Shown in pieces: positions 1-8,558 of a stretch of 20,000 bases of DNA (its first letter is position 1; every line of letters starts with the position of its first letter). The stretch is from an uncultured virus (IMG/VR IMGVR_UViG_3300032665_000019). Its lineage: Duplodnaviria > Heunggongvirae > Uroviricota > Caudoviricetes. The position numbers and the translations under genes are program-made. The stretch lies in the IMG/VR virus record IMGVR_UViG_3300032665_000019; one strand, written 5' to 3'. Below the pieces are notes generated by a model. That model did not search any database. It was not told where the DNA came from and worked only from the letters and a program-made list of their open reading frames with translations.

Positions 1-852
1 GTAAGAATATCTTACAAAATCAGTTCCAGGTACACGCATTTCCGCACCAACAAATTGCATAGCGTCCCTGTTGGCGGGGTTATCCAGTATGGAGTTCCTC
101 CCGTTTTCACGTTTTAACGCTTCGCCTCCATCTGATATTTGCTCGTCAAGAAAAGGCGTATTTAACCCATAGGCGTACCGGATTGTTCTCGGTAACCACC
201 TGACACCATCCTGTTTCAAGTCTTCCAGGTTGTCATCAAACGGCAACGGAACGTTTTTTCCATTCACAACCACATATGGCCATTCAATCACATCTTCTGT
301 TTTCAAAAACAACCTTGGCTGTCTGCCGGTTCTTTTGCTGTCTTCAATATACCCCTGTCCTTCCACATACACTGGTGCATTTACTTTTCTGAGCAGCCTG
401 AATATAAACTGACTTGGCGGTTGTTTGAATGCATTTGGCTTTCTGCCTGGCTTAGCACCGGTTCTTTCAGGTTGCTTAGTGGCAGGTGCGAAATTAGGTT
501 GAGTAGGGGCCGGTGCGGAACCAAGTTGCTTAGGCCGGATAGTAGCCGGATCAGGCTTAGGCTGCACAGGTGATGTAGCAGGTGGAGCCCATTCATTAGG
601 ATCATTCTCATCATCCAGCGGAATAGATGCAATGTCCTGGTGAGGAAGTTCCTGACCTGCTGGCGATATGCGAGTGGGTTGAGTAGGGAATTTACCTTGT
701 CCGGGGAAAGCGTTCTGACCGGCAGCGTCGCCCTGACTAGGAAATTTTCCTTGTCCGGGGAATCCGCTTTGCCCTGCAAAACTTGGGTGTACTTTAGGGA
801 ATACTGTTTCCGGGTTGACCGGAGTCTGAGGCTTTGAAGTTTCCTTTGCCAT
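1..852 (-). CDS. Phage protein downstream of the major capsid gene (5' part only; runs off the window); Pro/Gln-rich N-terminus
   Basis: Manual translation gives an open frame from ATG at 852 to base 1 (284 codons): MAKETSKPQTPVNPETVFPK...WLPRTIRYAYGLNTPFLDEQ...DFVRYSY. It is absent from the ORF track, probably because its stop lies outside the window. A TATATTTG element lies upstream at 937-944. The R-x-I-R-Y-A...PF-x-DEQ motif recalls the gene following MCP in Bacteroidota phages. Confidence 0.85.
   Translation of the reverse strand, partial: MAKETSKPQTPVNPETVFPKVHPSFAGQSGFPGQGKFPSQGDAAGQNAFPGQGKFPTQPTRISPAGQELPHQDIASIPLDDENDPNEWAPPATSPVQPKPDPATIRPKQLGSAPAPTQPNFAPATKQPERTGAKPGRKPNAFKQPPSQFIFRLLRKVNAPVYVEGQGYIEDSKRTGRQPRLFLKTEDVIEWPYVVVNGKNVPLPFDDNLEDLKQDGVRWLPRTIRYAYGLNTPFLDEQISDGGEALKRENGRNSILDNPANRDAMQFVGAEMRVPGTDFVRYSY
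683..776 (-). repeat. Imperfect in-frame duplication with a 54-nt period, encoding FPGQGKFP twice
   Basis: ccttgtccggggaa occurs twice, 54 nt apart; protein GQSGFPGQGKFPSQ...GQNAFPGQGKFPTQ. Confidence 0.85.
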
Positions 853-936
853 ATTATTATTTTATGAGGTGAATTGCTATTAACAATATCAACTCGGTTA
901 ATGGGTGTGGCTGTATGCGACAACCTTATCGTAAAA

Positions 937-944
937 CAAATATA
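937..944 (-). promoter_or_regulatory. Bacteroidota-type -7 promoter element (TATATTTG)
   Basis: Matches TAnnTTTG on the minus strand, about 85 nt upstream of ATG 852 and just downstream of the capsid terminator. Confidence 0.6.
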
Positions 945-989
945 AGGAAAAACTAAATGAAACGAATAACATGCAATCGGTGCGATCAC

Positions 990-1025
990 ACAAATAAAAA
1001 ACCTCGCATTTTTTTGCGAGGTTTT
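990..1025 (-). terminator. Rho-independent terminator after the major capsid gene
   Basis: Perfect inverted repeat aaaacctcgca / tgcgaggtttt (998-1025), followed by a T-run on the minus strand, about 20 nt after the MCP stop. Confidence 0.85.
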
Positions 1026-1044
1026 GATATAAAATGCAATATTG

Positions 1045-2463
1045 CTATTTTCCTTGAAATATGGCAAACTGCACCGGAGCGATGACCCTAACGCCGTACC
1101 ATGACTGCATCGATATAGTGCGATTCAAAGTCCCTGTTTTATTCTGAGGGGCTGCACCACCATATTCCCATGAATAAATCCTGTTACCGTCCACAGGGCT
1201 TTTCTGGAACACGATCTGGAAGGAAGGATAGCTTAAAGCATTTCCATCTCCATCACGCATTTTTGGATCCTGGTTAATCCGCTGCGGAATCGCAATGGAG
1301 TAGTTACGGTATACAGAACCGGTTGAAGCCTGGGGAACTCTTTTGTACACCATTTCGGTATTGTACATTGGGTTCACTGTCATATGATAAGTGATATTAT
1401 CCGCACGGAAAGTATCAAAACCATAAGCGGCACCGGATTCTTTAGAACCACCAACTGATTCATAAGAAGCATGATTGAAAGTTCCTTTGTAGAAATTTTC
1501 CAACAGATTGCTGATAGCCTGTTTGCTGAAGAAGTCATTCAGTAAATGGTATTCACCAGGAGAACCAAAGAAGTTCAACGCACGGCCTAATGTCTGGAAA
1601 TCAGAGATCAGTGGGTTACCTGCAGTATACTGAATGGTAGAACCATTAGCGGCAACACGTGGTTGAACGCCGATAGTTCCGTATGTCCCATTGCTTGCCA
1701 GGTTGCTCGCTCCGTTGGCTTCCATTACTTTCCAGAACATCTGATTCATAAATCTTTTGTTCATATCATCCATAGCCAAAGGCATGTAATACTGTTGTCC
1801 ATCTACCAGCATAACTTCCTGCTTTTCCTGCAAAGCAAAATCAGACAATGTGAAGTCATCCCTGTGTTCAGTAGTGGTATTGTAAATCTTGTCATAAACA
1901 GGAGCAATACCAGAACCAACTGTAGAAGCCTCACCAACGTCGATACGTCCACGGAACAGGATAGTATCACCCTGTAACAGGCTGGATGAGTTTGCGGAAA
2001 CGATATTATCGGTAGTATTAAGCGGAATCAATGTTACCTGCCACGCATTGCTAATGGTAACCGGAATAGCTGAAATCTGTACCGCAATACCGGATGAGTC
2101 GATGATACCTTCTTCACCGACCCTGGCAGGGCATCCACCGGTGATGTAGTAAGAATCTGACCCAACGAGAAAAGTAATTGGATTACCTGCCCCTGCGCCA
2201 GCTACAGTATTCTGAACCGACAAAGAAGAATGTAATTCTCTTTTTTCATAATGGTAATACTGTTTGTTATCAGTATTCTCATAGGTAGCGGTCTGTCCCA
2301 TCAGGAGCTGCCACATACCGTAGTTTTCTGTTCCGTACTTACGGATCAGTGTCTTTAAGAATGAACGATCATTGGAGTTTAAATCGTTCAACAAAATCCC
2401 ATAACCAAACTGACTGGTTGCAAAACTGGACGCCTGGTAACCTGGTAAAGTTGAAGTTGCCAT
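1045..2463 (-). CDS. Major capsid protein (probable HK97 fold)
   Basis: 472 aa; follows portal-like and scaffold-like genes and has a strong terminator. Size and overall pattern (…TTEHRDDFTLSD…MNKRFMNQM…YGFDTF…SWYGVRVIAPVQFAIF) fit MCPs of Bacteroidota/crAss-related phages. Confidence 0.8.
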   Translation of the reverse strand: MATSTLPGYQASSFATSQFGYGILLNDLNSNDRSFLKTLIRKYGTENYGMWQLLMGQTATYENTDNKQYYHYEKRELHSSLSVQNTVAGAGAGNPITFLVGSDSYYITGGCPARVGEEGIIDSSGIAVQISAIPVTISNAWQVTLIPLNTTDNIVSANSSSLLQGDTILFRGRIDVGEASTVGSGIAPVYDKIYNTTTEHRDDFTLSDFALQEKQEVMLVDGQQYYMPLAMDDMNKRFMNQMFWKVMEANGASNLASNGTYGTIGVQPRVAANGSTIQYTAGNPLISDFQTLGRALNFFGSPGEYHLLNDFFSKQAISNLLENFYKGTFNHASYESVGGSKESGAAYGFDTFRADNITYHMTVNPMYNTEMVYKRVPQASTGSVYRNYSIAIPQRINQDPKMRDGDGNALSYPSFQIVFQKSPVDGNRIYSWEYGGAAPQNKTGTLNRTISMQSWYGVRVIAPVQFAIFQGK

Positions 2464-2716
2464 GATTATATGATTTGAGGATATACACTTACTAGATGCG
2501 ATTAGGCTGACCCACTCATATATTCACTGGATTGCGGACTACCTAACATACAGCTATAAGTAATACACCCGATTAATAAATAAAAGATTGATTGTGTCAG
2601 CGGCATTGCCGGTGAGGATGGATAAATGCGATCACGCGTGTGGACGCATGCCCATATATGTATAGGGTATTATCCTGAAACGGTAGATGAGTGTAATTCA
2701 AATCATCTAACGCAAA
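2464..2716 (-). ncRNA. Putative structured RNA / capsid mRNA leader
   Basis: Several nested inverted repeats span the whole intergenic region (see findings); no ORF of 60 aa or more. Confidence 0.45.
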
Positions 2717-3919
2717 CTAAACAGCGGCTTTTTCTGCAGGGATCCTGAATAACCTTTGCAAGGCTCCTTCAGCTTCGTCTCCTACATTCTGGAATCCACC
2801 AGATGCGGAAGGCGTTGCCCCCTGCTGGTAATTCTTGTCGATCTTTAGTTTTTCAATAATAACCTGATTGTATGTCTGCTCTGCAACCTTATTGGCCATT
2901 AACTGCTGGTTTTCCAGGGCGATAATATCCCTTGCTATCGCTTCAACATTGAAAGTGCCATTAGCAGTCCCCCAACGTTTAGAGATAACTCCCGCAATAA
3001 ACTCCGCAGGGTGCTTTTCAATTTTTGACTGCAGTTGCGTAATCTCTTCTACCGGCAGGGCTGTTTGCCCCTTAACCTTTATCGGAGTATTTGGAACTGC
3101 AAATTCAAAAGGCACAGTACTTACTTTGTCGGAACCAAATGTTTCCCCAAGGGCCACTGCTAATTGAGCGTCCGGGGAAAGCTGTGCTGGTGCCGGTTGT
3201 GCTGCCGCAGGTTGCGCAACCTGTGGTAACTTTATTTCAGGAACTGCACTGGTAAAATATGTTATAGCTTCTGCCGCATCTTTCTTCAGGCGATCAGTAG
3301 CTTTTTTCTGTTCTCTCGCATACTGCACTGCATCTAACTGCAGTTGGTCCGGCTGATACCTGGATGCAAACTCCGCCTCAATATCACTGGCATCCAAACT
3401 AGGGTATTCAACTTTTAATTTCGTTTTAATAATTTCTTCCGGCTGCATGGTCGCTACATTCCTGGCAAATACTCTTGCCTGTAAAATAGGTAACACATCG
3501 TCTTCCTTACCGGCCACTATCGCTTCATATACAGCCTTACTTGCATCGTTAGTAAAAGTTGGTTGCACCGGTACTTCTACTCTTTCTGGCGCTTTATTCA
3601 AATCAGCCTGGATAGCTTCCCATGATTTATACTTACCACCACTCTGCGTTTCCAACCACGTATTAGGGTCGAAAGCTGGCTGATCTAGTGCCGCAGGTGT
3701 TGCTGCTCCAGGTAATGCAGGTTCGCCAGATGCGGGTGCGGCCATTGGTGCAGGTGCAGGCACATCGGGTGCTACAGGTGCGCCGGGTGCGCCCACTGCT
3801 ACAGGACCAGGTGCGGGTGCGGGTACAGGACCAGGTGCAGGAATAGGTATGACAGTAGTTGCATTTGGATTAGCGATCTTACTATTCATAGCTTCATATA
3901 CACTCTGAGAAATATCCAT
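2717..3919 (-). CDS. Putative capsid scaffolding/assembly protein
   Basis: 400 aa between portal and MCP; Pro/Ala-rich flexible N-terminus (PAPGPVPAPAPGPV), acidic helical middle and short C-terminal tail, as is typical for scaffolds. Confidence 0.6.
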   Translation of the reverse strand: MDISQSVYEAMNSKIANPNATTVIPIPAPGPVPAPAPGPVAVGAPGAPVAPDVPAPAPMAAPASGEPALPGAATPAALDQPAFDPNTWLETQSGGKYKSWEAIQADLNKAPERVEVPVQPTFTNDASKAVYEAIVAGKEDDVLPILQARVFARNVATMQPEEIIKTKLKVEYPSLDASDIEAEFASRYQPDQLQLDAVQYAREQKKATDRLKKDAAEAITYFTSAVPEIKLPQVAQPAAAQPAPAQLSPDAQLAVALGETFGSDKVSTVPFEFAVPNTPIKVKGQTALPVEEITQLQSKIEKHPAEFIAGVISKRWGTANGTFNVEAIARDIIALENQQLMANKVAEQTYNQVIIEKLKIDKNYQQGATPSASGGFQNVGDEAEGALQRLFRIPAEKAAV

Positions 3920-4007
3920 AATGATAATTTTGCGAATTAAATAACTGATATTCAGGTTAAATTCGGTATGTAAATTTAAAATAAATTAATCCGAACAACC
4001 AAAAAAA

Positions 4008-6710
4008 TTAATTACCACCGCCTGGAACACCTTGCCCACTACCCGGCGTGCCCTGACCACCTAGCCCTCCTTGCCCCTGTCCCGCACCCTGACCCATCTG
4101 CTGCTGCGCCTCTTTCACTTTCACCGCGCTCATCATGATATACTGTTTCAGTGCAGCAATATCCTGCGGCAACTGTCGACCACTTTTCTCCGCTTCTTTT
4201 TCCGCATCTGCTACCATCTTTACCAAATCAGAGTATGCCTGGTTATTCCCCTTCAATGACTCAATCGCCAACTTAGCCTGCAGCTTAGCCTGTTCTTCGG
4301 CAATCTTGCCCTGGGTATGTATCTGAGTAGACTGCTGCTGCACATTCGCATTCATCTGCATCTGGAACTGCTGCATAGCGCGAGCCTCTTTCTTCGCCCT
4401 TTTCTCCATCTTTTCCAAATACAGTATTGCCGTTTTCGGATTAGGTATGTCCATCAACCTAGCTGCGGTAGCCATACCTATAATCTTACTATCCAGTGAT
4501 TCTTTAACCAGCTCAGCCAACTCCGCTCTCTTAGCTGCGCCACTAACCATATCTACATTTACATCAAAGGTAGTATCAATAATTGGCCTGGTAATAGCTA
4601 CATGGTCATCTTCTTCATTAAGATGGATCACATGCGGACCGGACCCCTGAGTACCCTGGGCTCCCTGAGTATCCCCCATCTTTGGTGCGCCCTGCGACAC
4701 AGCATCACTCGCCCCCATCATCTTCTTATATTCCTCACTTTCAAATAACACCATATCCCAAAGTGAATATACAATCTTTGTCGCGTTCTGTTCCAGCAGC
4801 ATGACCAGATGATCGTAGATATATTCAGTAGCACCCTGACCTGCCTCTGCAGCAATACCACTCGCTTTAGCGCTTTTCTTTGCCGCAGTTGGCTGCCCCA
4901 TACTTTCCGCGTTCTCACCCCACTCATCATTTAGCCTGGCTAACCAGAAGTTATACAACCCTATAAGCACATTGATCTGTGCTACATTACCAGAGTTTGG
5001 CAGATTCCTGAATGGTATCTCGGTACCCCCTTCACCAGTACCACTGGTATCTGTAGAATCCCAGTATACCCTTCCGGTCTGAGATTTTACCTGCATCAAC
5101 TGTAATGGCTTTAGCACGGCACCAGTCCCAATATCCAGGGCATGCAACCCCGCAATATCCACCGCGAGGTTGTCCGGCTCCATAAGCATCATCATCTGCT
5201 GTATCTTCAGCCCGCATAATATCATCTGCCTTACACATGGTATCCCCCGTTCCAATAGTGATGGAACGTAATACCCGTCAGCATCCGGCATCACAAGGCT
5301 ATACGACCCAAACACATCTACCCCGTTCTGGAAAGGCCTTAGTTGATTATTTGCCACACCCCACTGCAGTAATATCTCGGTACCTACTGCCCATACACCC
5401 TGATACATATTATATTTCCCCAGTGACTCCACCACTGCATTCGGGTTGGTGGGGGAGGGGACTCCCTTTTTCGATACGATAATCATCGCGCCATCTTCAT
5501 CCGGCTTAATAACAAAATACTCATTGTCATATACCTTTACCTCAAAATCAAAAGCCATAAATGAATAGTCATCATAAGGCCTGTTAAAACTGTATATATA
5601 CGAGTCCAGCCAGTTTAAAGGCTGCGACTGGTTTAATCCTTTCCTGGCAATCTGCGCCAACTCAAACCAATACTTCTCCGGTACTCTCGGCCATATCCTT
5701 CTGGCCTCAGATATTTTAATCGGCCTGGCCTCCCCCGCGATAGTCACATCGCTACCATCCGCGTTCTTAAAAATATTATACACCGCGTTCAGTGGATCCA
5801 CCCTCCTTACCACCAACCGGTTCGCCAGCGTAGGGTTGCCTGCCATACCCGGCCTGCGCTCGAGCTTGGTCATCGCGATATTTTTCTTAATCAAATCCTG
5901 TATCAATACCCTTTTCAGATACTCATACCCGCTGCCTACATAACCACCAGCCCCACCTGAGTTCTGAAACACCTGCCACGCAGCTTCCTCGAAGAACGCT
6001 TCCTCCGGTAACCGGTACTCAATCTTATAATACACGTCCAACTCATCCTCATCCTCCGGTGTAAAGCCTGTCTCCATCCGCATACCCATCGCCTGCTCCG
6101 CCCTGGCTATCTTCTCCCTTTCCTCCATCCTCCACTTAGATAATATCTTCTCCCGCCTGCGGTACCTCTCCGAAGTAATATCAGTAGCTTTTACACTAGG
6201 CTTCTCGTCCCTGCTCATAAACCGGTTGGTCAATGACTGCACATACCTGGGTACAATCTTCAATACATGCCAGTCCAGATTCACCCACATCTTATTTCCC
6301 TCCACGCCCATAAGCGACTTAGCCCACTCCATCGGTGCCGTCCCCTTCGCCCACTGGTCATTAAGCATCCAGTTCGCATACCTTTCCTGGTAATACCCCG
6401 CATTACCACCACCACCCGCGGCAGCGCCAGCCGTCGAGCCGGAAACAAAGGCCCACATATCCTTAACGAGCTTTAACCCAAATGCCCTCGTTTTCTTTAC
6501 GTCAGGAGAATCAAACTGCAATGCCAATAACGAATCCATCGACGCAACCTGATTCACGCTTTCACGGACTTCGAGGGAGATTTTATCGCCCCCACTCAAC
6601 GCTTTTTGGTACGCCTCATTCCCAATGTGTGCAATCTTATCTGCACTCTCCGTCTTCCTATTGGTACGGGTGCTTGTATTATTTGTTGGTGTCATGTTGC
6701 TTGTGCCCAT
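4008..6710 (-). CDS. Portal protein (large, about 900 aa)
   Basis: Long ORF with the motif WVNLDWHVLKIVPRYV, similar to the NLDWxxxxI.PKFV segment of Bacteroidota phage portals, and a C-terminal Gln-rich coiled coil (barrel-like). It is first in the portal-scaffold-MCP order. ATG at 6710 (or 6695) is preferred over the TTG start at 6776. Confidence 0.8.
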   Translation of the reverse strand: MGTSNMTPTNNTSTRTNRKTESADKIAHIGNEAYQKALSGGDKISLEVRESVNQVASMDSLLALQFDSPDVKKTRAFGLKLVKDMWAFVSGSTAGAAAGGGGNAGYYQERYANWMLNDQWAKGTAPMEWAKSLMGVEGNKMWVNLDWHVLKIVPRYVQSLTNRFMSRDEKPSVKATDITSERYRRREKILSKWRMEEREKIARAEQAMGMRMETGFTPEDEDELDVYYKIEYRLPEEAFFEEAAWQVFQNSGGAGGYVGSGYEYLKRVLIQDLIKKNIAMTKLERRPGMAGNPTLANRLVVRRVDPLNAVYNIFKNADGSDVTIAGEARPIKISEARRIWPRVPEKYWFELAQIARKGLNQSQPLNWLDSYIYSFNRPYDDYSFMAFDFEVKVYDNEYFVIKPDEDGAMIIVSKKGVPSPTNPNAVVESLGKYNMYQGVWAVGTEILLQWGVANNQLRPFQNGVDVFGSYSLVMPDADGYYVPSLLERGIPCVRQMILCGLKIQQMMMLMEPDNLAVDIAGLHALDIGTGAVLKPLQLMQVKSQTGRVYWDSTDTSGTGEGGTEIPFRNLPNSGNVAQINVLIGLYNFWLARLNDEWGENAESMGQPTAAKKSAKASGIAAEAGQGATEYIYDHLVMLLEQNATKIVYSLWDMVLFESEEYKKMMGASDAVSQGAPKMGDTQGAQGTQGSGPHVIHLNEEDDHVAITRPIIDTTFDVNVDMVSGAAKRAELAELVKESLDSKIIGMATAARLMDIPNPKTAILYLEKMEKRAKKEARAMQQFQMQMNANVQQQSTQIHTQGKIAEEQAKLQAKLAIESLKGNNQAYSDLVKMVADAEKEAEKSGRQLPQDIAALKQYIMMSAVKVKEAQQQMGQGAGQGQGGLGGQGTPGSGQGVPGGGN

Positions 6711-6732
6711 ATATTGTCCCGGGTAGATACTT

Positions 6733-6785
6733 GCAACCAGCTTAACGCAGCCAGATACGAATCCAGCTAACCGCAACCAGCTAAC
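6733..6785. repeat. Three short direct repeats ccagct(t)aac upstream of the portal start
   Basis: gcaaccagcttaac (about 6733-6746), ccagctaac (6763-6771), gcaaccagctaac (6773-6785). Confidence 0.7.
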
Positions 6786-6805
6786 TCCCCCGATTAACGA
6801 GCATT

Positions 6806-6813
6806 CAAATGTA
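6806..6813 (-). promoter_or_regulatory. -7 promoter element (TACATTTG) for the portal/capsid operon
   Basis: TAnnTTTG match about 100 nt upstream of the portal ATG. Confidence 0.6.
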
Positions 6814-6824
6814 GGAAATACTAT

Positions 6825-8039
6825 CTATATGCCTGACAATAGTTTTTTACCAATTAATTCAACAATAGATACGGTTACAGCATTACCACACATCTTATAT
6901 CGTTGTGTTTTTGAAACACTTTCTACTCCCTCAACTATTCTAAATGTTTTCTCTTTCTTATTTATCCATACTTGCTTTTCATAAATTCCAAACTTTGTCC
7001 AATTGTCTGGAAATCCCTGTAATCTTTCACACTCTATTTCGGTGAGGCGGCGGATGTTTGAAACAGTCATGTAATTAGCCGATGCACCCGCACGTAATGT
7101 TCCTGCATAATCATTCTCAAATTGCTGCCCTGCCATATTCGTGTTCACAATCATTGGCTCATGCCCATGACTTTCAGCTTTAAGCGTTGGTACAATATCG
7201 CTTTCGACTGCATCTTTATCTTTATGTCCGTAATGTGAAATACATTTTAACAAAACAAGATTATCTTTCTGCACTCCCGTAAGAGCATTACTCTGTCCTT
7301 TTTCGTTTACTTCTAATCTTTGTACAGTTGGTGCGCCTGGTGTCCTATCGGATGAATTTTCAGGGTTTCTACCTCTTTGAGCCACTATTACAGCCTGATT
7401 GCTTTGTGTATCTAAGGTTCTAACAGTTGTGGTGTCGCCTGACCTTTCAGTAGTCCTAAAATCGTTTTCTGTGATAGGAAATATTCTTTGCTTACATTTT
7501 GTTCCAATATGTCCGATAAAATAATACCTCTCTCTATTTTGTGGGAGTAACCAAGAAGTATTAAGAAGCTGCACTTCAACTGTGTATTGTGGACTATCTG
7601 AATTAAGGTAGGTAAGAAATTTAAGGACTTCGTAGAAACTTCTTCCTTCATTAACAGAGGACAATCCTTTGACATTTTCAGCAATGAAAGTTTGTGCTTT
7701 ACTTTCAGTAACAATGCGGCCTGCTTCAAATAAGAGACTGCTTCTTGTACCTTCAACGAGTCCTCTGCGCTTTCCAGCAATTGAAATATCCTGGCAAGGG
7801 AATCCGAAAGTGACAATGATGTGTTCGTTTGGGTGTTGGTCTCTAATTGATGTTCCTGAAACATCAATAACTGATCCGATAAATTTTGCATCTGGGAAGT
7901 TGTATTTATAGTTAGCAATAGCGTGTTTATCAATTTCCGAAAAATAGTGACGAGTAATATTAAACCCTGCATCAATTAACCCTTTTGAAAAGCCACCAAT
8001 ACCGGAAAATAAATCAATTAGTACAATATCTTTTTTCAT
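6825..8039 (-). CDS. dcm: DNA (cytosine-5) methyltransferase, orphan, with extended variable region
   Basis: Motif I DLFSGIGG, motif IV GFPCQDIS, motif VI ENVKG, motif VIII PQNRER, motif IX RRLT..ECERLQGFP, motif X YKMCGNAV. Confidence 0.95.
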   Translation of the reverse strand: MKKDIVLIDLFSGIGGFSKGLIDAGFNITRHYFSEIDKHAIANYKYNFPDAKFIGSVIDVSGTSIRDQHPNEHIIVTFGFPCQDISIAGKRRGLVEGTRSSLLFEAGRIVTESKAQTFIAENVKGLSSVNEGRSFYEVLKFLTYLNSDSPQYTVEVQLLNTSWLLPQNRERYYFIGHIGTKCKQRIFPITENDFRTTERSGDTTTVRTLDTQSNQAVIVAQRGRNPENSSDRTPGAPTVQRLEVNEKGQSNALTGVQKDNLVLLKCISHYGHKDKDAVESDIVPTLKAESHGHEPMIVNTNMAGQQFENDYAGTLRAGASANYMTVSNIRRLTEIECERLQGFPDNWTKFGIYEKQVWINKKEKTFRIVEGVESVSKTQRYKMCGNAVTVSIVELIGKKLLSGI

Positions 8040-8043
8040 TAGA

Positions 8044-8100
8044 CAAATCTAATGAAAATTTATTTCTTACACAAATTTATTTTTTACACAAATTTATTTT
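8044..8100 (-). promoter_or_regulatory. Methyltransferase promoter region: three TAnnTTTG elements and a perfect 17-bp tandem repeat
   Basis: TAGATTTG at 8044-8051; ttacacaaatttatttt at 8067-8083 and 8084-8100, each containing TAAATTTG on the minus strand. Confidence 0.65.
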
Positions 8101-8279
8101 AATACCTGAAATATATAATCGATACCAAAGTAATATAAAATGTTAATTAATTAATATATACTTTTAATAAGAAAGTTTTCAGGAAACGATATTTAAAGTA
8201 ACGGTTGAGAGGAAGGTAAGATAAGAGTTGGTATATGGATATATACAGACAACTTATACAAAAGTTATATGAATGTTAT

Positions 8280-8520
8280 CAGTAGGGGTAATTCCCTTTT
8301 TTTGAGCGTCCAGGGGTGGGGTGGAAAATGGCAGGCCTGTGAGGTGGGTACCCCTGAAAAAAAAGGACATGCGAACGTGTCCGAACAGTGACCGGACCGG
8401 CGGCGTGACCGGCGAGACCAATGGGCGCGACTGGATTACTGGATTTAGTATGTGCCGGACGTGTGCAAGTAAGCGCGGCACCGGTTGCGAGCGCGATATG
8501 TTCGCAATATTCAGTACAAT
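8280..8520. other. GC-rich symmetric non-coding segment; candidate genome terminus or packaging site
   Basis: T7 and cagggg mirrored by cccctg and A8, a G-tract ggggtggggtgg, the palindrome gggtaccc, five CCGG and three GCGCG; abrupt change from the AT-rich 8040-8280 stretch. Confidence 0.35.
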
Positions 8521-8558
8521 GATACAGGTGCGGGAGATATAGGTGAATGTAGGCGCCT

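Noticed and set aside
381..1067. 228-aa minus-strand ORF in the track
   Set aside because: It crosses the capsid terminator and a promoter element and is out of frame with the better ORF starting at 852.
981..2635. tgcgatcac present in both intergenic regions flanking the capsid gene (981-989, 2627-2635)
   Set aside because: A single 9-bp match is too short to distinguish from chance.
2464..2719. TAG readthrough or recoding that would fuse scaffold to capsid
   Set aside because: The frame after the TAG hits TGA within about 40 codons and the gap (253 nt) is not a multiple of 3. Genes elsewhere are intact under the standard code.
7412..7975. 187-aa alternative-frame ORF inside the methyltransferase
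   Set aside because: It lies wholly within the conserved MTase motifs and has a Leu/Gln/Lys-rich off-frame composition.
8254..8542. Short ORFs on both strands of the GC-rich segment
   Set aside because: They have atypical composition, overlap each other and carry no recognisable motifs; more likely non-coding.
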